Below the pieces are notes generated by a model. That model saw only the letters and a list, made by a program, of their open reading frames with translations. It was not told the DNA's origin and made no database searches. From Promethearchaeota archaeon (GTDB lineage Archaea > Asgardarchaeota > Lokiarchaeia > Sigyniarchaeales > SOKP01), in contig JBHLOY010000002.1 of the NCBI GenBank assembly GCA_048939995.1, positions 352,001 to 416,000 of the forward strand: a DNA stretch of 64,000 nt. The letters run 5' to 3'. Positions 51,107 through 59,772 of the stretch are shown piece by piece (position 1 is the stretch's first letter; each line of letters starts with the position of its first letter). Made by a program: the position numbers and the translations under genes.

Positions 51107-53179
51107 TTGAAAATGAATTTACAACCCAACGCAATTTATAATGATTATAGAGGGCAGAGTATTGATAAAGTTAAAATCATTGAGTTGTTAATCGACATAA
51201 TTGAAAATATCGATAACGATGACTTAAGAGGAGAATCTATTGAAATTTTAAACAAAATTGATATAAAACAAAATAGAGTATTTAAAATATTAGAAAATAT
51301 CTTAATTTCTGATTTAAATGAGAACTTAAGACATGCAGCAGCAAAAGTTATAATAAATAAATTTCGGAGTAAAGCATTAAAGCCTTTTTTATGGGCACTT
51401 CAACATGAATCTTGCTATAATTGCCTAATAACAGTTCTTAAATCACTCGAGCGCGTTAATGATATAAAAGTAAAAGCATTGCTTATCGATGAGATTGAGA
51501 AGATTGAATTAGAACAATTTAGAGCAAGTTTGTCAGAGTTATTTTTAAATAAATTGATCTACAACTATAAAACTAGTGATTTAGCAGATGTATTAATTAA
51601 TCATGCAACTATATTCTCCCTATTAAAAAAATTTAAAAAACTCAAATTTACAATAGAAAATGGTTTAATTATTAAGCTTGATTTCTCTAATATTGATGAT
51701 CTTGTCATTAATTGGCGTTATAGAGAATTAATTCAAGATGTCACTGATATTATTGGGATACAAAATTTAAAAAACTTGAAAGAGATTGAATTTTTCCCCC
51801 TAAATTGGGCGTTAAATAATGAGTTAACATATAATTGTAATATCGCTTTAATAGAAGCTTTAGAAAGACTTAACAACGATGTAGCTAAAATTAGCTTGAT
51901 TTCACATATAGAAAAAATTGACGATAAAAAATTCGTAAATTCAATTAATGAATTATTAGAATTATACGGTTCAATAAATAATATCTCAATTTCTAAACTT
52001 TCTGATATTTTAAGAAATTTTATTACTATTTCCTATATGAAGAAAAAAAATCCTCAATTAACATATGAAATAGATAAAGCTGAAGTTATAGATTTACATA
52101 TTGAGGGAAAGGCCATTGTTACATTACCAAGTTTTATTAAGAATTTAAGTTCGATTAAAAAACTAATTTTAAAAAATTGTAATATTTATAATCTCCCTGA
52201 AACAATTTACACTTTTAAAAATCTAGAAATTCTTAATTTAGAAGGAAATAATATCGAAATTTTACCTAAAAATATAGAACTTCTTAATTCTTTGAAGATA
52301 TTGAATCTAAACAAAAATAAATTGAGAAAGTTACCTTTTTCAATAGGAAGACTTTACAAGCTAGAGTCTTTAGAACTATCTGATAATGAAATTTCTAAAT
52401 TACCTAATTCAATAGGTTATATTTCCTCTTTAAAATACTTAGATTTAAAAGGTAATAAATTAGAAATACTTCCTGATTCCATTGGTTATATTGAGTCCTT
52501 AAAATGCTTAATTTTGAGCTCCAATAAGATAAAGATATTACCTGAGTCGATCGGTTTGCTGAGATCGCTCGAAACCCTTAACCTTGAGAAAAATTTGTTA
52601 ACAGGGCTCCCTACTACTATAAATTTATTTACCTCATTAAAATTTTTAAATTTAGAAGAGAATAAATTAAATAGTTTACCAGAGTCGTTTGGAACTCTTA
52701 AGTCACTAGAAATCTTAAGATTGGGATGGAACAAACTACAATCTTTACCTCAATCAATTTGTGAATTGGAATCAATTAGATATCTTTATATAATGAACAA
52801 TAAATTGAATAAACTTCCTAATTCAATGAACCTTCTTTCCTCACTCGAGAATTTAGATGTATCTTGGAATATTTTATCACACTTACCTGAATCTATAGGC
52901 AAATTAAAATCTTTAAAAATCTTAAAACTAAATAACAATCGATTAATAAAACTTCCAGAGACAATAGGATTTCTTCAATCATTAAAAATTTTAAACTTAG
53001 ATGAAAATAAGTTGAAAGAGATCCCAAAATCAATATCTTCCCTAACTTCTCTTGAAGAGTTATGGTTAAGTAGTAATGAATTAGAAAGTATTCCTGAACC
53101 CATTACAAATCTTTCATTGAAAAAGTTACAATTAAACAATAATAAGTTAAAAATTGCCAAAAATCCTAATTCAAATTAA
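51107..53179 (+). CDS. Leucine-rich repeat protein with N-terminal HEAT-like region
   Basis: About 15 LRRs of 23 aa (LPxSIGxLxSLxxLxLxxNxL); helical repeats at N-terminus. Confidence 0.92.
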   Translation: MKMNLQPNAIYNDYRGQSIDKVKIIELLIDIIENIDNDDLRGESIEILNKIDIKQNRVFKILENILISDLNENLRHAAAKVIINKFRSKALKPFLWALQHESCYNCLITVLKSLERVNDIKVKALLIDEIEKIELEQFRASLSELFLNKLIYNYKTSDLADVLINHATIFSLLKKFKKLKFTIENGLIIKLDFSNIDDLVINWRYRELIQDVTDIIGIQNLKNLKEIEFFPLNWALNNELTYNCNIALIEALERLNNDVAKISLISHIEKIDDKKFVNSINELLELYGSINNISISKLSDILRNFITISYMKKKNPQLTYEIDKAEVIDLHIEGKAIVTLPSFIKNLSSIKKLILKNCNIYNLPETIYTFKNLEILNLEGNNIEILPKNIELLNSLKILNLNKNKLRKLPFSIGRLYKLESLELSDNEISKLPNSIGYISSLKYLDLKGNKLEILPDSIGYIESLKCLILSSNKIKILPESIGLLRSLETLNLEKNLLTGLPTTINLFTSLKFLNLEENKLNSLPESFGTLKSLEILRLGWNKLQSLPQSICELESIRYLYIMNNKLNKLPNSMNLLSSLENLDVSWNILSHLPESIGKLKSLKILKLNNNRLIKLPETIGFLQSLKILNLDENKLKEIPKSISSLTSLEELWLSSNELESIPEPITNLSLKKLQLNNNKLKIAKNPNSN

Positions 53180-53366
53180 AAGATTTTACTTTTATTGATA
53201 AAAAAAAATCGATTTATGTTAATCTACTTCTTTTTTAGTTATAGGCTTTAAATATCTAAGAAAATTTTAATAAAAAGTTTAAAATATAAACTTTTTTATA
53301 TCTCTTTTCTCTATATTATTATGGAATCGGACTAAAAAATGTTAAAATAATAAAGGGGAATTGTAA

Positions 53367-53756
53367 GTGTATATTTTGAATAAATTTTATAATGGATTAG
53401 ATGAAAAAATTATTTATGGAACTAAATGCACAAAATGTGCAAAGGTATACTTCCCCCCTAAGGTTTGGTGCCAAAGCTGTTTAGAAAAATCAGTTCAAAT
53501 GATAGAACTGCCTCAGACTGGCATTTTAAAAAATCATCTTAATCGCATTGATTCTAATCATTCTAAGAAAAAAAGAAATGAATTAACAAAGATTTATGGA
53601 TTAGTCCAAATTGATAAGACTGACACTCCATTGATTATGCCACTACTTAATGTTGAACCAGATAATATAAAAGACGGTATGAAAGTCAAAGTAGTATGGG
53701 AAGAAGGTAAAATAAGCGATTCGCAAAAAATTGTAGGTTTTGAACCTGTTATTTAA
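53367..53756 (+). CDS. DUF35-family Zn-ribbon/OB-fold protein
   Basis: GTKCTKCAKVYFPPKVWCQSC; GMKVKVVW. Confidence 0.88.
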   Translation: MYILNKFYNGLDEKIIYGTKCTKCAKVYFPPKVWCQSCLEKSVQMIELPQTGILKNHLNRIDSNHSKKKRNELTKIYGLVQIDKTDTPLIMPLLNVEPDNIKDGMKVKVVWEEGKISDSQKIVGFEPVI

Positions 53757-53789
53757 ACTTCCCAAAAAAATTTATTTATTCTAATTTTT

Positions 53790-55154
53790 TTAATAGAATT
53801 CACAATCATTAAGAAGTTGTGAAATATCCATAACTTTTATCGGTGAGTTGTCCTCGTTTGCGACTTCAAATAAATTATTTTTACAAAAAACGCATGAACT
53901 AACAAGAACTTCAGCATTTGTTTCCATTGCTTCTTTTAAACGATCTTCCCTTATTCTTATCATACAAGCGCGAGTTTCTGCTAACCTGTCTCTTCCTATT
54001 TCACCTGCTATCTCACCATATAAAGCTTTTACTCCACCTCCAGCTCCACAACACCAGGACATATCTCTGTTATGTTTCATCTCAAATAATTTTACACCTT
54101 CAATCATATTTAGAAGTTCTCTTGGTTCTTCATAAACTCCACAATATCTACCCAGATGACATGGATCGTGATATGTTATAAGTAGAGGATCTTCTTTTGT
54201 GCGCTGTGTATATCGGATTTTTAAATTCCTTTCTTTGACAGTCTTTAATACGAATTGTGTTAAATGATAAAGATCAAATTCAAGCTTATGTCCCGCATAC
54301 TTAGTATATTCCAGAGTAAATGTGGAGAAACATCCTGAACAAGAAAATACTAATTCAGATACACCACTTTCCAAAATTGTTTTGTAATTATGTTTTACAA
54401 GCTCAATAGCTTCATCTTCCAACCCAGTTCGGAATAATACTGATCCACAACACCGTTCCTCGGGAAATAATACAAATTCAATTCCAAGTTTTGCTAAAAC
54501 CTTGCTTGTTGCAGTTACTAACTCTTTATTTCTATAGGAAGAAGTACATCCAACAAAATACCCTACTTTACCAGGTATACGTTTAGGAACTTTTAATTCA
54601 ACTTCCGCTTTTATTGAATCTAAATCCTGTTTTGCTCGTTGATATGCCTCTCTTCCTTCTTCAACAGCCTCACACCAATTAAATCTGTCCAAATGTTTTT
54701 CTAAAAATGGATTGTTATTCTCAATAATAGAATTTTTTAACACTTTTAATTTTGCAGGGACAGCTCCTTTTTTTACTACTTCTTTACGGAAGTTTTGGAA
54801 CACTTCTAAAGTATCTATTCCGACGGGGCAAACAACTTTACAGTTACCACAAAGCATACAACGAAATACAGATGGGATTATCTCTTCATTATCGAATTTA
54901 ATATCATGACTATCAAGTGCTTTAATAATCCTATTTCGCCCACCAGCATAATCAGTTTCTGACCATGAAGTGTTATAAACCTTACAAACATGTCTACAGT
55001 ATCCACAATGCGTACAGCGCTCATAGGAGTACTTTTCCTTTCTTTTACTTTTAGGTTCTATTAAATTTTCTTTTGAGGGGGATACTAAACCTGCAACTGG
55101 GGGTCCTGTGGTAACTACATTTCTTATATCTTTCTTTTCTTTGCCTTCACTCAT
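53790..55154 (-). CDS. Fe-S oxidoreductase with two ferredoxin and two CCG domains (HdrD/GlcF-like)
   Basis: CTHCGYCRHVC, CMLCGNCKVVCP, YFVGC, CCG, YHDPCHLGR, CCGAGGG. Confidence 0.9.
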   Translation of the reverse strand: MSEGKEKKDIRNVVTTGPPVAGLVSPSKENLIEPKSKRKEKYSYERCTHCGYCRHVCKVYNTSWSETDYAGGRNRIIKALDSHDIKFDNEEIIPSVFRCMLCGNCKVVCPVGIDTLEVFQNFRKEVVKKGAVPAKLKVLKNSIIENNNPFLEKHLDRFNWCEAVEEGREAYQRAKQDLDSIKAEVELKVPKRIPGKVGYFVGCTSSYRNKELVTATSKVLAKLGIEFVLFPEERCCGSVLFRTGLEDEAIELVKHNYKTILESGVSELVFSCSGCFSTFTLEYTKYAGHKLEFDLYHLTQFVLKTVKERNLKIRYTQRTKEDPLLITYHDPCHLGRYCGVYEEPRELLNMIEGVKLFEMKHNRDMSWCCGAGGGVKALYGEIAGEIGRDRLAETRACMIRIREDRLKEAMETNAEVLVSSCVFCKNNLFEVANEDNSPIKVMDISQLLNDCEFY

Positions 55155-55289
55155 TTAACTCTTTCTCCTTGTTTTAAACTATACCAAATTAAACATATAA
55201 ACATTTTAAATTAAATTTAATTGTTATATTTTATTTGATTTGATTTTTTATGAACAACATTTTTACTAACTGCTTTTCAAACATTTCTT

Positions 55290-56789
55290 CTAAAAAATTC
55301 TATATAAGAATTTAGCAGTATTAAATAATAATGATATTCTCCAGAATTTTAATCTAGTTTTAACTATCCGATATGAATTAAACAAATCTTTTGGATCTAA
55401 TAACTTTTTTAATATTTTACTCTTGGATACTAATTCAGGTCTATATTTAAACAAATAAAAAGTATTCACTATACCTATGGTATAAAGCCTATCCCCCTGA
55501 GTAAATGCTAGAACAGAAAGATCATGTAAGAATGCCTTTACTGTAAAGAATTCACTAGTTCTAGCAATATCAGATAAACCAAATACTTTTACTCTACTCC
55601 AACCTAAAATTCCCGAAATTGTATATAAGGCAGTTGGAAATTTATATTTCTTACTTTTCTTTAAATATTTTTGAATAAAATCTTCTAATCTTTTGTCAGC
55701 AATCCAATATTCTTGAAATATTAGATTTCTACTTGATCTTCCTATAGCCACTTCAGCATCACTAATATCACGCCACTTTTCCTTTAAATATAATTTATCT
55801 ACTGCTATTCCATTTAATTCTAAAGCATGTTTCTCAGAAAATGATACACTTTGTGATGTTACCTCAGGATCATCATAATAAACTGCCCAAACTAACCATT
55901 CTTGGTCAGGAAAATTGATATGGGAATAGGTTTCAAATTTGCGTTCTGAAATTGATATGAAAAATGGCTTATTAGTATTATTTTTGAGTTTTTGATAAAA
56001 TTCGATAGCTTCACGAATAGATTTAAAGCCATAACCAATTATTTCCAAGGAAGTTTTTAAGGTTGTAAGAGATAATTCAACCTCGGCTATAGCACCGTAG
56101 ATCCCATAAGTTCCACAAATATCATCGAGTGTTATTTGTCCTTTAGAATCCTTCGAAACAGTGATGATTTTTCCATCAGGTTGGACTAGTTTTAAATTAA
56201 GAATTGAATCTTTCATTGATCCGTATTTTAACACACCAATACCGGCAGTACCGGGGGTAGCTATAAACCCTCCAACACAAGATGTTTTAAAGCTTGTAGG
56301 ATAACATTTAGGTGCAAGACCGTAATCTGAAAGTTTTTCTATCAAATTTAACCAAGAGATACCAGCCCCTACTTTTACTGTCATATTTTCTCTATCTATA
56401 CTTTGGATCTGATTTAATCTCCTTGTGTCTATTATAACACCACCTTTCGAGGGAGTAGCTGAAGAAAAGCATGATGTCCCAGCCGCTCTTATTGTAACAG
56501 GAATTTTTCGCTCTCTACATTTCATTATTAGTTTAGAAAGATTATTAATATCAGCAGGACGGACAATTAGACTCGCAAGGTAATTCTTTTTGAATTTATA
56601 ATGGTATGATGGAAGTGAAGTAAGATCAGCAGATGCTGATTCGAGTTCATAAGGATTGGAACTAACATGATAAGACGATATAAAGTCTTTTACAACCTCT
56701 TCAAAATCACGTTTATCTTTTTCTCGTGAATCTATTATATTGGATTCATTATTCATTTCTTTAGTATTAGAATTCATTTTAAATATCAC
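55290..56789 (-). CDS. FAD-binding oxidoreductase (GlcD/D-lactate dehydrogenase family)
   Basis: IVRP, RAAGTS, VGAGI, VGGFIAT, KYGSMKD, GTYGIYGAI. Confidence 0.85.
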   Translation of the reverse strand: MIFKMNSNTKEMNNESNIIDSREKDKRDFEEVVKDFISSYHVSSNPYELESASADLTSLPSYHYKFKKNYLASLIVRPADINNLSKLIMKCRERKIPVTIRAAGTSCFSSATPSKGGVIIDTRRLNQIQSIDRENMTVKVGAGISWLNLIEKLSDYGLAPKCYPTSFKTSCVGGFIATPGTAGIGVLKYGSMKDSILNLKLVQPDGKIITVSKDSKGQITLDDICGTYGIYGAIAEVELSLTTLKTSLEIIGYGFKSIREAIEFYQKLKNNTNKPFFISISERKFETYSHINFPDQEWLVWAVYYDDPEVTSQSVSFSEKHALELNGIAVDKLYLKEKWRDISDAEVAIGRSSRNLIFQEYWIADKRLEDFIQKYLKKSKKYKFPTALYTISGILGWSRVKVFGLSDIARTSEFFTVKAFLHDLSVLAFTQGDRLYTIGIVNTFYLFKYRPELVSKSKILKKLLDPKDLFNSYRIVKTRLKFWRISLLFNTAKFLYRIF

Positions 56790-56798
56790 TTCTTTTTT

Positions 56799-57665
56799 TT
56801 AAAATAATGGAACCATTAAAAAGCCTGAAAAGAAAGCAGCCCACCAGCAAATTAAAGTAATGTAACCAGTTAATTTAGCATACTTTCGCTCTGCTGCAAT
56901 TCCAAAAAGCATACTGAAAAGTCCAGCAATTAATCCAACTCCCCCTAATATTATATGAGACCAATGGATTCCAAAGGAGAATGACGTCCAGATTGCAGGA
57001 TTAAAAATTACTAGGGAAATAACATTAATCAGGGTTAAAACCCATGAAGCACCGGCTAGAATACCGTGGATTTTCACAAATTTATTTTCATTTATCAGTA
57101 CCAGTACTGTTCCTAAAGATAATAATAATAAGGCTGATAATCCGATATACATTTCAAAATGATTAAATATTTCAATTGTCGGAGCTGGTGGGAGTATTCC
57201 ACCAATGCTAAAAGTGATCTCTATATAGTCGAAAGGAGGTGGGCTACCAGAAACTGAATTATCTCCAGCTAAGATAAGGATCACATAAGCTCCATCCTCT
57301 GAAGGAGCTGTAATATTGAAAGTGACTGTCATTGCATTTGGATTTGGATTTAAATCATCGCCAGAGTTATCTAATATTCTAGCGCTAGTAGGTGAGATAA
57401 TAAATTGATCATTCTGTTTTCCGTCTGAAGGTGCTTGAATAAACAAATCAGAACCAGTAGCAGTAATATTAAAAGAAATGTTATCTGAAGCGTTGATAGG
57501 ATTAAATGTGTTTATATTAGTTTCAATTGAATAACCTCCCGGTACTGTATGGCAATTTTCATGAGGTTGATCGATACTAGGGTAAGCATTTACATTAAGA
57601 AAAATTGAGATTAGGATAACACCAAAAAAGGCAGATATTATTACTATTGCTTTTTTATTCAACAT
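56799..57665 (-). CDS. Exported domain with HxxCH motif plus four-TM His-containing (cytochrome b-like) C-terminus
   Basis: Signal peptide, PHENCH, beta-sandwich-like region, TM His in KIHGILAG and HWSHIILG. Confidence 0.65.
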   Translation of the reverse strand: MLNKKAIVIISAFFGVILISIFLNVNAYPSIDQPHENCHTVPGGYSIETNINTFNPINASDNISFNITATGSDLFIQAPSDGKQNDQFIISPTSARILDNSGDDLNPNPNAMTVTFNITAPSEDGAYVILILAGDNSVSGSPPPFDYIEITFSIGGILPPAPTIEIFNHFEMYIGLSALLLLSLGTVLVLINENKFVKIHGILAGASWVLTLINVISLVIFNPAIWTSFSFGIHWSHIILGGVGLIAGLFSMLFGIAAERKYAKLTGYITLICWWAAFFSGFLMVPLF

Positions 57666-57829
57666 TTTTAAAAGACTATAAGAGTTTTGATCAATAAATC
57701 ATGTACTAATATTAATAAAGCTTATTTCTAAAAATTATTAGTGAATTTAAAATTTTAATGTAAAAATCGCACCTAATCTCCTTATAGTTTTTAAAAATCT
57801 TTTTTAATTTTTGAATTTTAATTCTCTTA

Positions 57830-59533
57830 ATGATATTTAATAAGAATTCCTTGAGAACTGTTATTATTTATGATTTTGTAATTATTTTAGCTGTTGTTGT
57901 CATTATCCCAAATCTATTGAACTTTTTTGATCTAAATCTAAAAATTCAAGTACTATCTTACCTCGCCAACATTCTAATTTTATTAAATATTATCATAGTA
58001 GTTATAGATTTAATCTTCTTGATGTGGAAGAGAGAAAATTATTTGTATCTAACATCATTCAATATGACTCTATCAGTTTCAATTTTTTTGCTGTTAGAGT
58101 ACTGTTTTGTGAATGGTTATTACGATTTTTTTTATGTATGGAGTTATAGTGAATTGACTTTACCACTTGTTTATAAGATTGTTGCTATATGGGCAGGAGA
58201 GGCTGGTTCAATAATGACTTGGATGGTATTTAACTCAGTAATTATTTTTGCCTATAGAATTAAAAACCAAGATAAAGAGGATACAGTTTTTCTATTATCA
58301 TGTATAGTTTCCATGATAATTTCTATTTTGTTTTTAATAATTTTATTCTCACTTAACCCTTTTAAAGTAGAGCAGCCAGTTTTGTATCCCAATGGTTTTG
58401 GACTCAGCCCTCAATTGATGTCCCCTTTTATGATTTGGCATCCTTTTTTTACATTTTTAGCATATGCCATCTTTCTAATTCCATTCACTATTAATATTAT
58501 AAATCTTATAAAACCAAAATTGTCTTTAAGAAATCCTTATCAGCAAGCATTTTATAATTTTTCATTAAAATTTGGATGGTTAGTTATTACCCTAAGTATA
58601 GGTTTAGGAGCTTATTGGGCAAAAATTACTTCCGCTTGGGGCAGATATTGGGGCTGGGACCCAGTAGAGGTTGTATCTCTTATTCCCTGGTTTTTTTGTA
58701 CTGCTTTTTTTCATTCCAGTATATTTAAAGTGAAAAATCCTAGGATTATTAAAATAAATTCCATCTTAATCTTTTTTTCAATAATATTTGCCACCTTAAT
58801 AACTAGGGGAGGAGTATTGAGTTCGCTTCACGCATTTACAGGAGGAGGAGAATTGGTTATATGGGTTTTAATTATTGGTTTTATTTTATTAGCTTTTGCG
58901 ATATATGTAATTTACGAAATTTTAAATTACTTCTTGGAAGACTATCATAAAATTAAGAGCTTTTTTGATTATTTAAGCTATCTGATTTTATTTTGCTTAT
59001 CTTTTGTTTGCATTTTTGGACTGATAATTCCTCCTCTAACTAATTTCATATCAAATTTTATCGCAATTGATTCAATAATCATTGGTCCAAACTTCTTTAT
59101 GATTAGCGCATTCATATTAGCTATAATATTGGCAATTTCGCTCATTTTTTGTTCCTTGTGGGATATCTATAACAAAAGGTGGATCATAATCACTTTATTC
59201 ATTGTATTTTTGATACAGTTGATTATTTCATTATTTTTATTTTTTCTATTTGATCTTTGGATAAATCCATTTATTGCCATCTTTTATTATGCTCTTTTTG
59301 CTTCAACCTTTCGATTAATAAAGAGAACGAATCTTCAAATGGGGTTCCAAAAGTTCTTTAGAACAAATTCAAAAACGATTATACATGGAGGAATATCACT
59401 TATTTTGATAGGGACTTTAATTGATGCCAGTTACGAAGTAATTTTAGATATTTTTTACATTTCTGGATTTGGTTTTTTACTAATTGGGATAATACCCTCT
59501 ATTTTTATGGTTTTTTTTATTAAAGCACATTGA
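57830..59533 (+). CDS. ccmF: Cytochrome c biogenesis heme lyase CcmF
   Basis: WAGEAGS, WHP, WGRYWGWDPVE (WWD domain), FFHS, SLHAF, IIHGG. Confidence 0.92.
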   Translation: MIFNKNSLRTVIIYDFVIILAVVVIIPNLLNFFDLNLKIQVLSYLANILILLNIIIVVIDLIFLMWKRENYLYLTSFNMTLSVSIFLLLEYCFVNGYYDFFYVWSYSELTLPLVYKIVAIWAGEAGSIMTWMVFNSVIIFAYRIKNQDKEDTVFLLSCIVSMIISILFLIILFSLNPFKVEQPVLYPNGFGLSPQLMSPFMIWHPFFTFLAYAIFLIPFTINIINLIKPKLSLRNPYQQAFYNFSLKFGWLVITLSIGLGAYWAKITSAWGRYWGWDPVEVVSLIPWFFCTAFFHSSIFKVKNPRIIKINSILIFFSIIFATLITRGGVLSSLHAFTGGGELVIWVLIIGFILLAFAIYVIYEILNYFLEDYHKIKSFFDYLSYLILFCLSFVCIFGLIIPPLTNFISNFIAIDSIIIGPNFFMISAFILAIILAISLIFCSLWDIYNKRWIIITLFIVFLIQLIISLFLFFLFDLWINPFIAIFYYALFASTFRLIKRTNLQMGFQKFFRTNSKTIIHGGISLILIGTLIDASYEVILDIFYISGFGFLLIGIIPSIFMVFFIKAH

Positions 59534-59578
59534 CTGAAAAAAACAGCTTAATTTCCGCCAGAATTTCTCAATATTTCG

Positions 59579-59654
59579 ATTTTTAAATTAAACTTTTTTG
59601 GGGAAATTGTTTCAGCTTGAAACTAAAAGCAAATTGATTGTTTAAATTACTCAG
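59579..59654 (+). promoter_or_regulatory. Triple-box operator upstream of the 59773-ccmA-ccmB unit
   Basis: Boxes at 59579, 59609 (palindromic gtttcagcttgaaac), 59640. Confidence 0.65.
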
Positions 59655-59772
59655 ATTAGAAAAAAGTTAAAAATTGTTAAACTTATTATAAAATTAATTA
59701 TCAAACTTTGTTAAAATCTAATTTAAAGTTTAAAAATTAGACGTAATAATAACAACTTAAATGTGAATTTTA

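Noticed and set aside
53930-54000. Extra 13 residues (RDRLAE...EDRLKE) in the CCG protein as an intron
   Set aside because: Looks like a short tandem duplication; no hairpin found.
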